NCBI RefSeq assembly: GCF_009914755.1
Contig: NC_060927.1
Direction: 5' to 3' (one strand)
Length of the DNA stretch: 64,000 bases
Origin: the human T2T-CHM13v2.0 reference genome, Homo sapiens
Shown: piece by piece, positions 1 through 15,316 of the stretch
Position numbering within the stretch: the first letter of the stretch is position 1
Layout: each line of letters opens with the position of its first letter
Position numbers and translations under genes: made by a program
The notes under the pieces: model-generated
What the model was told of the DNA's origin: nothing
Databases searched by the model: none
The model's input: only the letters and a program-made list of their open reading frames with translations

Positions 1-1308
1 ACTTTCTATAGTTTCTAGATATTTTATCAAATACATATTATTTTATAACTATAAAATTAAATGGTTAAAAGGTTTAGTAAAGGGTTAGACATAGGTCACT
101 AGAGGGTAGATTGTACCGTAGGTACCAGGAAGCTATGGGTCACGAGTCCTGTCTTTCTTTTTTATAATTCTCCTCATTTTTATCACCAACAATTAGCATG
201 TGGTTAAGCCAGAAAAGATTTGTCAGAAAAAAAAATGTACTAAGCTGTTGGGAGTAAAGAGGAGGCTGAGGGAAGGAGAGAAGTCTGAAGGCAAGTCAAC
301 CACCCACCCCAAGTCCCATACACAGGTTTCCCCGCTTCACAGACACACTGTGAACCCAGGCCTGCCACATAGACTTCCTTGTCTCAACAACTCTTTTGTG
401 GCTGCATCGCACATGGACTTTCTAGGCTCACTATTTCACTATTGAAACCAAAGAAAAAATTTTTTTAATTCATTGGTGTTGCTTTTTGCAAGGAGCCATT
501 ATGGCTTTGCTCTGCCTTAGCCTCTGGTCATGGAACTAGATCAAGAGAATGGGTTTCAAATCAGCAGCAATGAAGACAAAGATTCTGGCCAGGCTCCACC
601 CAGGATTACTGGACATTTATAATTGGATTTATAATTTCCTACCCTTAAGCACTGGGGATCAACCACTTCTCTGTGGTCCAATCTAGCACTTAGATTGGTA
701 GTATCAGCTCAACTTTTAATAAGAAAAACAATCAAAGAGCTTACAAATTCTCTGAGTCTGTAAATTTCAAGAGAACTCTCCAAATGTATAATCCAAGTTA
801 GTTTTGATAATCACAGAGTCATACATGAGTGAACATTTAAATGGTGCAGACTCTTTCTTTGTGTTTACTGAGATGGACATTCTGGCAACCTTTGTCTTCC
901 CCAGTCTCTCATACTTGAGAGCATTTGAGTGCCAGGTCAAATACACTCTTCCCCAGGTGGCTAAAGCAGCTTTAAAAAATATTGTTGTCACTGTGTCAGA
1001 TCAAGTGGAGAGGAGCAGAAATATGACCTGGGAGTCTCTATTGGTATTAGGCAGCAGGTTAGGTAGAAATTAGATTGCATTTGCTGGGATTCCATATAAT
1101 GCCCTGAGAGAGCAAAACTGTTCAGTTCTCTTTATTAGTGCTAGATTTATAGTTCAAAATGAAGATTAAATTAAGAAAAAATATCAAAGTTAATGTTCTA
1201 AAGAGCTCTTTAAATTCAAGATGTTCAGTAATGTGCTTTAGCATCTGATCTGGCATTCCCAGCTCCAGAGTCACTCTTGAGCTAATCTGCTGGGCTCATT
1301 GCTATTGA

Positions 1309-1542
<234 letters not shown>

Positions 1543-2154
1543 CGTAATAGCTTTTGAATGCTCATGAAACAAATCTGGATTCCTCTGTCCAGTTCTCAGG
1601 AACTTCCAAAACTCAGACGAAATCTCCCTAGTCCACCTCCTCATCAGCTGCTCCAATTAACCTTCTTCCCCCGACCCTACCTGGATGGTGGCTCATTACC
1701 CTACAGGCTACAGCCACACCCAGCCTTATCCCAGCATCTGGCCTTTCTTCACGCAAGTCTTCTCCACTTCAAACATCAAAACCCACCCTCAGTGCTTGGT
1801 CAAGTCCTAGCTTTCCTTGATTTCTCCAGTCCACAGAAGCCTCACCATTTTCTGAACTATTGTAGCACTCATGGGTCATTTATTAGTAGGACTTTAAGAG
1901 AACCCAAAATGATGAGAGGTATTCAAATGAGAAGGGAGGGAATACATCCTGCCCACCAAATACACGGAAATAGTGTCAGAATTCCTATGAGCTTAAGCTT
2001 AAATTATTTACACATTAACTTCCATCATTTTAAATATTGAAAGGTTCCCCTCATTCTGATATTTATTTTACTTTACCGGAAGTCCTACATTTACTCTTTC
2101 CTCTTCTAGACTATGCACTGAGAGCTGAGCTGAAGTCTCACTCCCCTTCCTATC

Positions 2155-2483
<329 letters not shown>

Positions 2484-2614
2484 CCACCTTCCCTTCTTCT
2501 AATTCCCAGCACCGTGCTAGCACCATGCCATGTGCCTCTGGTAAACAATCAGGAAACTGAATTTCTAGAAATAAAAAATATGACAAGAATTTCATTTGGT
2601 TACGTAATTAGGGA

Positions 2615-2805
2615 CTTTATTGGGATCTAATCTGTGCTGAGTACTGTACTAAATATTTTAATATATATTAGCCTTAATTTTCATGACACCACCACAAATT
2701 AGGATTTTTACAGATGAGGAAAAAAGCTTGAAGTTGAAAAGCTGACCAAAGTCACACAGCTGTCAGTGGTAAAACTAAGACTCGGATGCGGGGATATCTG
2801 ACTAC
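2615..2805 (-). mobile_element. MIR SINE
   Basis: Core 'ttttacagatgaggaaa...ccaaagtcacacagct' motif. Confidence 0.7.
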
Positions 2806-2829
2806 ACCAGGCTGCCTCCTTAAAGATGC

Positions 2830-3275
2830 AAAGCAAGGGCCGGCAGCCCCTCTGTGCTGGCGGGTAGACATCCGGACAGGGCCTTCTCCACGGCCCCTAG
2901 CGAAGCCTGTGTTCTCCAGCGCCATCTACAGCCCTTGTTCATAAAGAGCCCGTTACACGGCCTCCTGTTTCCCCGGGGTAGCAGTTAGAGGTCAGCTGCT
3001 GCAACTTCAGCTGCCAAAGTTTTTTAAAAAGCAAATGAAATTAGAGTGGAAATTTGGAAATTCCCGTGCCACATGGCCTCTGCAGTGCTCCATCTGTCAA
3101 GAGTTGGTTTTGAAGACTTTAGAAACTGTCATTCATCTAACGGCTTTGCATTATTTCTTCTGGGAAAACCCATTGCCGGGCTCAAGGCATTATCAATTTC
3201 ATGTCCTCCTTGCCCTAAACTTCCCAGAAAAAAAAAGAAAGAAAGAAACGTTGCTGTCAAACTTCCTGTGGAAGC
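2830..3275. promoter_or_regulatory. Candidate enhancer/insulator: CTCF-like, NF-kB, STAT, ETS and E-box motifs
   Basis: Locally CpG-richer unique sequence. CTCF-like CAGCGCCATCTACAGCC (2917-2933); kB site GGAAATTCCC (3056-3065); GAS sites TTCTGGGAA (3158-3166) and TTCCCAGAA (3221-3229); ETS ACTTCCTGT (3261-3269); two CAGCTG. Motif matches only. Confidence 0.45.
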
Positions 3276-3747
3276 ATAATTAAAAATTCTGTTCTTAGAC
3301 CATCTTCACTTACAAACGTACACACCGTATTTTCAAATGGAAAGGTGTTTCCTTCCGTTTCTTTTTTTCTTTTTCAGATGAGTTATGCCATTTTATAACA
3401 GCTCCCAAGAGATATTGAGGCCTGGAGAGAAAACTGCTTTTTCCAAGTTTTTTGCAAAGACATCAGTAGGGACTTTAAGTCAGGGTTGACCTAATACTAA
3501 TAATCAGATAATTCCATTCTCTCAGCCCCAGCAAAGATTTCATGAGCTTTTCTAACTTAATAAAAACTAACAAAATATCTTAGAAATCCGTCTGCCTCTA
3601 GTGAAACAGTTTACTTGTTACCAACGCTACAAGGCTATCCCGAAGTCTAGGTTAAAATAATGAAAACAAATAGGGAGAAGGTGTTACTTCAAAGCATCTA
3701 TCTCAACTTTTGCAGGGGGCTAATGATGGTCTGGTTCTATGTTTTAT

Positions 3748-3866
3748 TCAAATAAAGAATGGTTCAGGGCACATATGTCTTAGAATTGCACTTGGTTTCT
3801 TCATTATTTTATCTTCCTTCTTCTTGAATACAGACATAAAGAATTCTAGAGTCTCTCTGTAATTCT
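3748..3866 (-). CDS. Candidate terminal coding exon of an unidentified gene (..NYRETLEFFMSVFKKKEDKIMKKPSAILRHMCPEPFFI*)
   Basis: Acceptor ttttttttcatgttatag|AG, phase-1 start, open to TGA at 3750-3748. AATAAA (3748-3743) overlaps the stop. Unique, non-repeat sequence. Confidence 0.55.
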
Positions 3867-4026
3867 CTATAACATGAAAAAAAAGGCATTGCAAGTGTTT
3901 GGGTATAATTGTATATTCTGAATTCATTCTTAAGTGTTGTGACCACAATTACTAATTGGATCTAAGAATTTCCTAGAGTTTTTCATTTTCTTTCCCAGAT
4001 GCACAACCTTCAAAGCACAGATTTTA

Positions 4027-4240
4027 CAGTCTAACAGACCTAGTTTTGACTTCATAAGTCCACACCCTTCCCAGCTGCATTATATCTATATCGTTACTAA
4101 ACTTCCTAGAATATCAGTTTCTTCTTCCATATAATGAGGACAATTAGACCTATCCGCAAGTGATGCTGTGAAGATAAAATGAGATATATAAGTAAAATAC
4201 CTCACATAGTATCTGGTATAGTCTAGTCTCAATAAATAGA
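4027..4240 (+). mobile_element. MIR SINE
   Basis: 'tcagtttcttcttccatataatgagga...gtgaagataaaatgagata...ctcaataaata' matches the MIR core and 3' end. Confidence 0.7.
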
Positions 4241-4612
4241 ATTTGCCCTACCTAAAACTATAGTTCCTGCTTTTTTACATTGTTTTAACATGGCAGGTTT
4301 TTAAAATAAGGCAACACAAAGCAAACATAGATTCTCTTTTTCTGTTTTCTCTCTTTGAAATCTTCGCTTTATGAAAAAGATCCTGTAATGCATGCCTATC
4401 ATGTTTCCTTTCATGTAATAACTTAGATTGGTGATTTTCTCAACAATAATCATATCGAAATATAAATGAATAACTGCCATAATTCTGTTTTTGACAGATT
4501 TAAATAAAACGCCACATGAATATAAAGTCATTTTTCATATCTTCCTGTGGATGATGCTACGAGAATAAGCTTTCAAATAACACATGGAGAAAATGAAAAC
4601 AAAATCACTCAC

Positions 4613-4631
4613 TTTTAATTCGTTCCTTCTT
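4613..4631 (-). CDS. Candidate 19-nt coding microexon (KKERIK+)
   Basis: ctgcctttctcttgttag|AAGAAGGAACGAATTAAAA|gtgagt, with a long T-rich tract upstream. Phase 0 to 1, which fits both neighbouring candidate exons. Confidence 0.55.
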
Positions 4632-4997
4632 CTAACAAGAGAAAGGCAGTAATCAAAATATAAAATAAAAGTAAAAAAAGACAACATTATGAGCTAATTC
4701 TTGAGTATTCATAATTTCATAACAGCATAGTTACACTCTAAAAAGAGAATCTTGTTTTCAACTTTAGTAGTAAAACATAAACTGGAAAGAAATTGGGATT
4801 TAGTCCTGCCTCTACCATTAAGTCACATTATTATTTAGGGGACACCATTTATCTTGCTCTGAAATAAAACTGTAAATAAGCTCCCCCAGCTCTTGAGACA
4901 ATAGCTCCCTGTGGCTAATGGAGACAATTAAATTTAGATCACAGTAACAAGTAGCCATGGTGGGGTGAGAGAAGAGTCACACGCTCTCTGTTCTTAG

Positions 4998-5354
<357 letters not shown>

Positions 5355-5551
5355 TTAAGCTAGAATAGTTCTTGTGACGGGAGCCAAGAGAAGCCATGAG
5401 AGAACCCCCAACTCCAGCTCAGCCTTTTGGAAGGAACATCTGACAGACTTCTGGTTTTGGGATTGGGAAGCCACCCAATCAGAGTTCGACTATCTGGACC
5501 AATCAGAACGAAATAAGCTTGACTCTTTTGTCTACGTAAAAGAACATGATT

Positions 5552-5858
5552 GGCGGGGCGCGGAGGCTCATGCCTGTAATCCCCGCAGTTTGGTGGGCCA
5601 AGGCCGGCAGAGGACGAGGGCAAGAGATCAAGACCATCTTGGCCAACATCTTGGCCAACATGGCGAAACCCTGTCTCTACTAAAAATACAAAAAATTAGC
5701 CGGACGTGGTGTCGGGCCCCTGTAGTCCCCCCTACTCGGGAGGCTTAGGCAGGAGAATGGCGTGAACCCGGAAGGCGGAGGTTGCAGTGAGCCGAGATCC
5801 CACCACTGCACTCCAGCCTGGGCAACAGAGCAAGACTCTGTCTCAAAAAAAAAAAAAA
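5552..5858 (+). mobile_element. AluSc-like Alu with internal 12-bp duplication
   Basis: Full-length Alu with A-tail. TSD aaaagaa(c/t)atgatt. catcttggccaa is present twice. Confidence 0.9.
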
Positions 5859-6076
5859 GAATATGATTGAGACATGGGGCAGGAAATTTTCCTGCTTAAG
5901 CCAAACTCTTCCTTTATTCTTTGGAGAGCACACCTTCACTTGTATTGAAGACCATGCCTCCCCAATCTGCAGATTGCGTTTCGTAGAAAATAAAGTTCTT
6001 CCTTTTTCCTCCACAAATCTCATGGCCTTTTGTTAACATTGCTGAATGTCATGCTAGAGCTTCTGTCCAGCTAGTG

Positions 6077-6285
6077 CAGGTGTTGGCCCACTAGCCCCAT
6101 GAGCCAAACCCTGCGTGCTGCCTGTTTTTGTAAATAAAGGTTTATTGAAACACAACCACATCCACTCATTACGCATTGTCTACAGCGTCTATTGCACTGC
6201 ATTGGCAAAGTTAAGTAGTTGCAACAAAGATGATTAGGCCCACAAAACCTAAAATATTTACTATTTGGTCCTTACATAAATTTTT
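6077..6285 (+). mobile_element. MER58A (hAT-Charlie MITE)
   Basis: 'ctgcctgtttttgtaaataaag..ttattgaaacacaaccac...gcccacaaaacctaaaatatttactatttgg' is typical MER58A sequence. Confidence 0.8.
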
Positions 6286-8630
6286 CATTTTGATGAATTT
6301 CAATTTGACTACTTTTCCATGGTTTGTGCTTTCTATATTCTAGTTAAATAATCGATCCTAAAGTCACAAAGATTTCTATATTTTTCCTAGTTTTAGAGTT
6401 GTGGCTTTTACATTTAGTTCTACAATTAATTTCAAGTTACATTTGTGCATACTGTGAAACAAGAATTGACAATTTATTTTTGGTAATATTGATATCCAGT
6501 TGCTCCAGCAACATTTATTGAACATACTTTCCTTTCTTGTTGGATTGATTTAGCACCTTTGTTGAAAATTAATTGGCCATGTATTTGTGGTCTATTTCTC
6601 AACTCTATTGTGTTCCACTAATTTGTGTCTCACCTTATGCCAATACTATATGGCAGTGATTATTGTGGAAATACAGAAATCCTTGAAAACAGGTAGGGTA
6701 AGTTCTACAACTTTGTTCTTTTTCAGAATCATTTTGGCTATTATAAATCTTTTGAATTGCTGTATAAATTTTAGAATCAGCTTGTCCAATTCTAAAAACA
6801 TTTTTATTTTTAAACTTTATTTTTAATTAACAAATAAAAATTGTATATATTTATCATGTACAATATATGGTTTTAAAATATGTATACATGCAGCATGACT
6901 AAATTGAGCTAAAAACACCTTGCTGGGATACTAGTGGGAATTGCATTGAATCTATGCTGTATATCAATTTGGAGAAAATTGACATCTTAACAATATGAAT
7001 GTTTTAATCCATGGACAAGATACAAATCTTCATCTATTTGTATTTTCTGTCTTTTTTTTTTTTCTTTTTTTTTTTTTGGAGAGACGAGGTCTTGCTACGT
7101 TGCCCAGGCTGGTCTCAAACTCCCAACCTCAAGCAACCCAGCAATCCTCCTGCTTTGGCCTCCCCATGTGCTGGGATTACAGGTGTAAGCCACTGTGCTC
7201 AGCCTATTTTCTTAAATTATTTCAACAATGTTTTATGGTCTACGGTACACATGTTTTTACATATTTTGTTAAATTTTCCCCTAATAATTTCATGTTTCTG
7301 AATGCTTTTGCTAAAGGTTTTGGTTTTTTATTTTTAAATAGATCATGTCTAGCATATAGAAATATAATTATCTGAGTATACCTCCCTTGTATTTTCTGAC
7401 CTTGCTGTTTTGTAAATCACTTAGGATTATCTATGTATGCAATGTCATCATTTAGTAAAGGCAGATTTACTGCCTTCTTTCCAATATGAAGATATTTTAT
7501 GTCTTTGCCTTGCCTTATTATATGACTAGGACCTCTAGTGCAATACTGAACAGAGTGATCAGAACAGACGTTCTTGTCTTGTTCCTGATGGTAGGAGGAA
7601 AGCATTCAGTCTTTCACCATTAAATATGATGCCAGCCCTTTATTAGGTTGAGAAAATTCTCTTCAGTTCTTAATTTGCCATGACCTATCAAATGGTTGTT
7701 TAATTTTTTCAAATGTCTTTTTTCTGCATCTTTTACGTTGATCATGTGAATTTCCTCATTACTAATGTTAATATGGTGAATACATTGATTTTTTTCATGT
7801 ATAACTTCCTGCGATAAACAGTAACTATGTACTGCTTTAGCTACATTTTTAAAATTTTGCTATATTATGCTTTATTTTTATTCAGTTCAAAATATTTTCA
7901 AATTTTCTCTATTTTTTTACTTTAGCCATGGGTTGTTTAGAAGTATGTTAATTTCCAAATATTTGGGGATTTCACAAATGTATTACTATTTCTAACACAA
8001 TTCCACTGAGATCTGAGAGCCTATATTGCATGACTCCAATCCTTTAAAATTTATTGAGACATGTTTTAATGGCCTAACATATAATCTATCTGAATGCCCA
8101 CATATGCTTTTTAAAAATGTGTATTCTTCTGTTGTGGTGTGGAATATAAATGTCAAATAGATTAAGTTAGCTGACAGTATTGTCTAAATCTTATATATCT
8201 TATTGAGTTTAAGTCTTTTCATTTTATCAATTACTGGGATAAGAGTGTTGAAATTACTAACTGTAATTCTTACTTTGTCACCGTTTTTGAGTTCTGTAAG
8301 TTTTTGTTTCATATATTTTGCAGCTCTGTTATTATTTAGGATTGCTATGTCTTCATGAATAAAATTTTTATCATTATAAACTGTTCTTCCTTATCCCTGA
8401 TAATATTCCTGTTTAGAATTTTACTTTGATATTAATATTATCATCTTGGCTTTCTTAGAATTTACATGCTTTTTTAGTCCTTTACCTTTAATTGCTCTGT
8501 GTGTTTACATTTTAGTTTAGCTTCTTTAGAGTGCATATATATTTGGGTCTTGTTTTTTTATGTAGTCTGTCAATTTAGCTTTAAAATGGAGTATTTAAAC
8601 CATTTATATTTAATGTAATTACTGATGCAG
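6286..8630 (-). mobile_element. Old L1M ORF2 remnant, with nested L1MA 3' fragment (~6801-6908) and an Alu monomer
   Basis: T-rich antisense L1 ORF2 text; the minus-strand ORF at 7417-7605 ends in an RT-like 'LLNDDIAYIDNPK'. The nested fragment is flanked by ctaaaaaca repeats. Confidence 0.75.
7052..7204 (-). mobile_element. FLAM_C/AluJ left monomer
   Basis: Poly-T followed by a single Alu left-arm monomer. Confidence 0.85.
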
Positions 8631-8734
8631 TTGAGATGAAAGAACTGTGTGTTTTCTCTCATCTCCAATACTCTGTGCTTCCACATTATTGCATGTGACA
8701 AGTACGTTTTAAATTTCAAAGATCATCCATATCC

Positions 8735-8900
8735 ATTATCCCATTGATCTTCACACCAATCTGTGAAGAAAACAGATCGGGTCCTATGATGCCTATTTTC
8801 AGATAAAAAAAATTACTGTCCAAAGAGTTAAATAAAGCTTTTCCAAAATCATGCAATAAATTGTGTCAAAATGAGCATTAGACAATAAATGGTCAAATTT
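8735..8900 (-). mobile_element. MIR SINE (decayed)
   Basis: 'gatcttcacaccaatctgtgaag...cctattttcagataa' resembles the MIR core. Confidence 0.5.
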
Positions 8901-10155
8901 TTATTCTACCACTCATTCTATGACATCAACAATTATATTACTTTCTTCTTAACAATTTATTGACTATGTTCTGATTAAATAAACTTTACAGGCGTATTTT
9001 CCAAAGCTAATCAAAGCATATTAAAAAACTAATAATGGCAAAATATTTATAAGGAGAAAGTGATACAGCAGTCATTTTAAAATGAGCAGTGCATAAAACA
9101 AACATTCAATGATACATTACTAATAAATTTTCTCATACATAAAATGATATATATCACATTCTCCACAGGTTTGTATAAGTCATTTAAAGCAAACTCAGCA
9201 GCAAGCAAAGCTGAAGGCTATCCTCAAATTCTAGCCTCCCCCACCCCACCCCAGAAGATCAATGTGAATGATTTTCTGTAGAAGTAAATTTATACCCAGT
9301 ACAATCTATAAGAGTTTCAAGCACAAAAGACTGGCCGTGCTCAAGGAAAACAGAATCTCTGAGTAGACTGCCTGGCAGCCCCAGATAATAATTTAGTGTT
9401 TTGGGGTCAACCACTCAAAACATTACATTTCCTTGGCATGCACACTGACATCTTAGGCTTTAACTGAGCATACAGAGCCCTACACGTCATTACCAGACCA
9501 GGAAAATAGCCACAGTTCTCATGATGAAAGGATTCAAATGAACTTTATTTGAAAATAAATAAAGTATAAAATTAAGGGTGCCATTTTATACTGGATCCTG
9601 GATCCCCAAAAGGAGGGAAATACTCAGGAGCAGACAGTGCAGTGCTTCTACTCTGCATTTCATTGCAAGGCAGCCCAAAGTCAATCAGCCCATTTTGTAA
9701 TCAGCCCATCCCTAATGGGAGTCTCATCTCTCAGTGAGGGGTGAGTATGTTTCCTTATCTTCCAGGTGGCCAAGAGCATGCTTCTCTGATCCGAGTGTGC
9801 AAAGAGTCAAGTATCCCTCCGTAACTACTATTAGCCATCTTCAAGGGATGGCCAATGAATATATATATATATATATTTCCTACCTAGTTATTACACACCA
9901 AAGCTCTCTCATAATGTGAAGTAATTTCTGATACCCCCAAAACTCAAAACCGTCAGATAATGCAATGCAAAACAGAACAGAGCCTTTGATTTTGAGAGGA
10001 ATCTATCTGCTTTTAATTCCTGGGGTTTCATAAGGAAAACAGAAGTTTTTTTCCAAAATGGGGTCTGTGGCGCCTCTTCTGTTTTTCCCAAGGAGTCCCA
10101 GGCTACCAGAAATTATCTCAGGGCCTCTCATGTGTGCATTAAGAGTGGCAAGACA

Positions 10156-10468
<313 letters not shown>

Positions 10469-10793
10469 TCAACTGAGAAGAAAAAGCCTTTTCCAGAAAA
10501 ACAAGTTCCAAGAAGAGAAAAACATAAAGGCCTTTTAAATATATCTATAGCTTGTTTATCCACTTTTAATTAAGTTGACTTCTAACCATAGTGCTCTTTA
10601 AAAAAAAAAAAAAGAAATCCTTTCAGATCTCTTATTACCCGACTTTAGCCATGCCAAGCAGCCAATATTTCTAGTTTCTGAGATTTACCAGAGGTAACCT
10701 CTTAGGTGCTTAGAGAAAGGAAAATTTAAGACAGTCCGTGGAGGAGAACAGAATAGACAAAGTCACGCAGATACTAAACCAGAAACGACTTAC

Positions 10794-10865
10794 TTCCTAG
10801 GTGGGGAATCAAACCCAGACCACCACTGTGAAAGTGCAAAAGCCCTAACTACTGAGTTACAGCAT
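10794..10865 (-). pseudogene. tRNA-Glu(TTC)-like decayed sequence inside the ERV internal region
   Basis: Minus strand TGCTGTAACTCAGTAGTTAGG…CACTTTCACAGTGGTGGTCTGGGTTTGATTCCCCACCTAGGAA parallels tRNA-Glu, with anticodon loop CTTTCAC and T-loop GGTTyGATTCC. Confidence 0.55.
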
Positions 10866-12488
10866 AGAACAATCTTCAGTTCCTTTCGGAGAAAGAGTCT
10901 AGAGTAGTTAATTTTGAGCTTGCAAAGGCTTTTAACTATTTAATATAATTTGTAGAGCTGACTATGACATGAACCCTAAAATTCCTATTCCCTGGAAGGT
11001 GGAGACGAAGAGACAGTACTGCCACGTGATTAAAAGGTCAAGTTCCCAAGGACCTAAAACAAGGTGGAGACTTCATCCAGCTTTTCTGTTTGTTTCAGGG
11101 ACCTGCAGCCAAGCTTGTTACTGACCAGCTTGCTGGGTGGTCTTGAAAAGCGGGCTTACAGGTGTTCTAAGCCCGTGTTTTATCCTAAAGTACCCCTCAA
11201 CACAGAAAAACAAATTCATAGCACAAAATACACCAGCTTAAGGCTAGCCTTAGAATTCTTTTTCGCATTAATCAAAACTTTACAGAGGAAATAAACACTG
11301 GGTTTTTTTTTTTTCTTTTTCACCATTCATTCAACCATTTGCAAAGAGAGAGAGAGAGAGAGAGAAGCCAGAAATCTGACTGGTAAGAAATTCTTACCCT
11401 TTCGCCGGCATGCCAGGCTTCTGGGTTCCCTTTCCCTGACCGGCCCTAGTGATCCTGCCTGCAGCACCATCGCCCTGGGGGCCAAGCCTCATCATAAAGA
11501 AAAATTATTATTTTTTGTTCTGGCTAGAGCAAAATATGTGTGATAAAACATAGACATTAGCCACTCTGCTTAGCACCCAACATCAAACCGGCAAGGCTTA
11601 AATTTGCCCCCAGATAGGCCCCTTCTTTAATCCAACCTTCCACTTGGAGTTTCAACATGTCGTCCCTGGGCAAGATGGTCATCCTGAGTAATAGAAAAGA
11701 TAAGAAAGAGAAAGGAAAAGCACAGAACGAAAGTATCGCCTGTGGCAGGGTGGGGAAGTCGAAATGATCAGGGAGGCCAGAGGAAGCCCCCCCATTGCAG
11801 CGACACTGGAAAGTTCAGGCGGCTGCGGCTGTTGTCATGAAGGGATTTTTTCCAGCAGTCCAGTCAGCTGTCAGGTTTCCCTTTTTAGAAAGGAAAAAGC
11901 TCCCCATGTCCCACAATCCTGTACATGCCTAACCCTGTCACCCACAGCCATCAGCGAAGAGTGCAAGGCAGATTAATCCAAAGAGAATTAACATCCCATA
12001 GTGCCGAACCTGTTCTTAAAGGGACTTTACTGAGAGGGACCTCTAACCCCCTAAATCTTATAAGGGACTCTAACCCTCCTAAGTCAGGCCTCTAACCTGA
12101 GGTCGGTCAAGCGTCCTTGCCTTTTATTAAGAGGGGTCTCTAACCCACTCTGTCTTAGGAGAGACTCTAACTCCCCTAAGTTGGGCCTTTAATGCAATCC
12201 CATTCTGTACCCAGGTATCCTATCACTTACGCAAAGTCACCCAATCAGTGCTCCAGTCTATTTCCTTTGGGTCGGGGGGCCTCCTCAGTATTGTCTCTTT
12301 TGTGGTTTGCGAGAAAGATGTTACTGGACCCCAACACTTACCCAAAGTTAGCCTTTGGGTCAGGGTTTCCGCAGTATAGTCACTTCTGTGGCCGCCAGAA
12401 ATACATTACAGGACCCCAACACTTATTCTAAGGTAGCCGTTAGGTCAGGGTTTCTGCACTATAGGCCATTCTGTGGTTGCCAGAAATA

Positions 12489-12989
<501 letters not shown>

Positions 12990-14633
12990 TTAGCTCATAA
13001 GACCATTTATTTTCTATTAAAATTCAAGCGTCTGTTAATCAAGGCTTTTTTTTTTTTTTTTTTTTTGCTGTTACTATTGTTATTATTTTCTTTCTTTCTT
13101 TTTCTTTTTTTTTTTTTTTTGGTCTGATAGCAGATGGCATAGATTCTGATTAACTATATGTAGATGATTTCGATTATTTGTTTGATTTTCCCAGTCACTG
13201 ATACACAATATAAAAATCTGCCACTGGATTCTGATATATCAGAAAAACATATATAAAGAAAGTGTAACTTAAAGTTAAAAGATAGAATCCAAGGCAGTAA
13301 CTTCTCTTAATCACAGGAAACATATTAGGTATTTTCTTGGCCTGGCTCCTCTGGAAATTCCGGGACCTCTGAAGCAAGAATTAAAATGCTAACACTTTAT
13401 TTGGAAAGCAGAAACCCAAAATGGTGAGAGTAAAGAAAAGAGGGAAGGAAGGCAAGGGAAGATAAGATGCAAAGATATGCAATGTGTGACTTTGCTGGCT
13501 ACATTTCACAACTGTAATGAAAAGAGACATGTATGCATATTTATTCAGCACATGGAGAAGGTTGCAAGGAAGACCTGAACGAGAATAGGTTTTATTTATT
13601 AACCACTTACTAAGAAAAGAAGTTAATATCAATATTGTCTCAAAGGCTATATTGTTCAGGAACTTCTGAACAATATTGTTTAGTTTAGGAACTTCTGAAA
13701 TTCACTTATTCAACATATTTCTCAACAGATTATAGTCAATATATTTCTCAATACATTATATATTCAATATATTTCTCAGTACATTATAATATTCAGATAA
13801 GATTCAGATTGAATGATGATGAGATAATGGAAAGCAAACAACAATAAAAACTTCAAAGAAATCCTTTTCAATTTTACAAGAGGAAGATTATGTGATTGGT
13901 ATGACATTCAAAGAAGATATCAAGGCAACTGGTATTTTCAGAAAACTTCAGACATGAAATATGTAAGGAAAAAATACCACCAAGGAATTTCTAATTAAAA
14001 CCTTTCTTTTTGATCTAAACATTTTCTCTTCACTGCAGCAGTAAATATTTATGAGCATTAGAAAGCCCAATATTTACTGGGTTAATTGCTTTTTTAACAA
14101 GTGAACACTTTTAGAGAGGTCTTCTTAGGCCCAATTTTGTTCTCTTGAGCTACTCACCACTCATACACACCATCAAATAAATGGGCCACTCAAGCATTTT
14201 TCTAGTATGTGAGCCTCTCCACCGCATATCACACCTGATTAGATAAAGAAAACTCAACTAACACATGAAGAACTAGTCTACAGACAGCTCTGTGCCAATC
14301 CCATTTAACAGTTATGTAAGAAAGGTTTAAACTGTGAGTACATTCAAAGAAGGCACCATACGCCTTCCTAGGGAATTAGAATTGACTGAGAAAATGGGTC
14401 AATTAGATTGAGACACTGAACTTTCCAGATTCATGTGTATTTGGAGCCTTGTCAGGGAGATCTGGCAAATTAGGTAGAGAAAAATTTAAGAGGTCCAGAG
14501 AGAAAAACGGTCTCTGCCAGCCTGCAAGGAATAAGATATGGTAACGGTGCTGCATCCAATTCGATAACTGTCCAGGTTCTGGGACTAGCCCTTTATAAGA
14601 AGAGTAACCACACAATTTGTCTTCTAAGCTTGG

Positions 14634-15243
<610 letters not shown>

Positions 15244-15316
15244 AGGACATCTTTGAAAGTAAAAAAGAAGGGCTAATTTGTAACACTTCAAGGATAAAAG
15301 ACAAAATCTAGGTCTG

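Noticed and set aside
1558-2040. 160-aa plus-strand ORF
   Set aside because: No recognisable domain or splice support; it arises in C/T-rich, stop-poor sequence.
9296-9305. Possible 10-nt minus-strand exon (tatag|ATTGTACTGG|gtataa)
   Set aside because: The donor is weak and inclusion would put a stop into the next exon.
13633-13800. Short AT-rich local duplications
   Set aside because: Consistent with replication slippage; no further structure seen.
14158-14201. Possible 44-nt minus-strand exon with gtgagt donor
   Set aside because: Poor polypyrimidine tract, and the only open frame does not fit the neighbouring exons.
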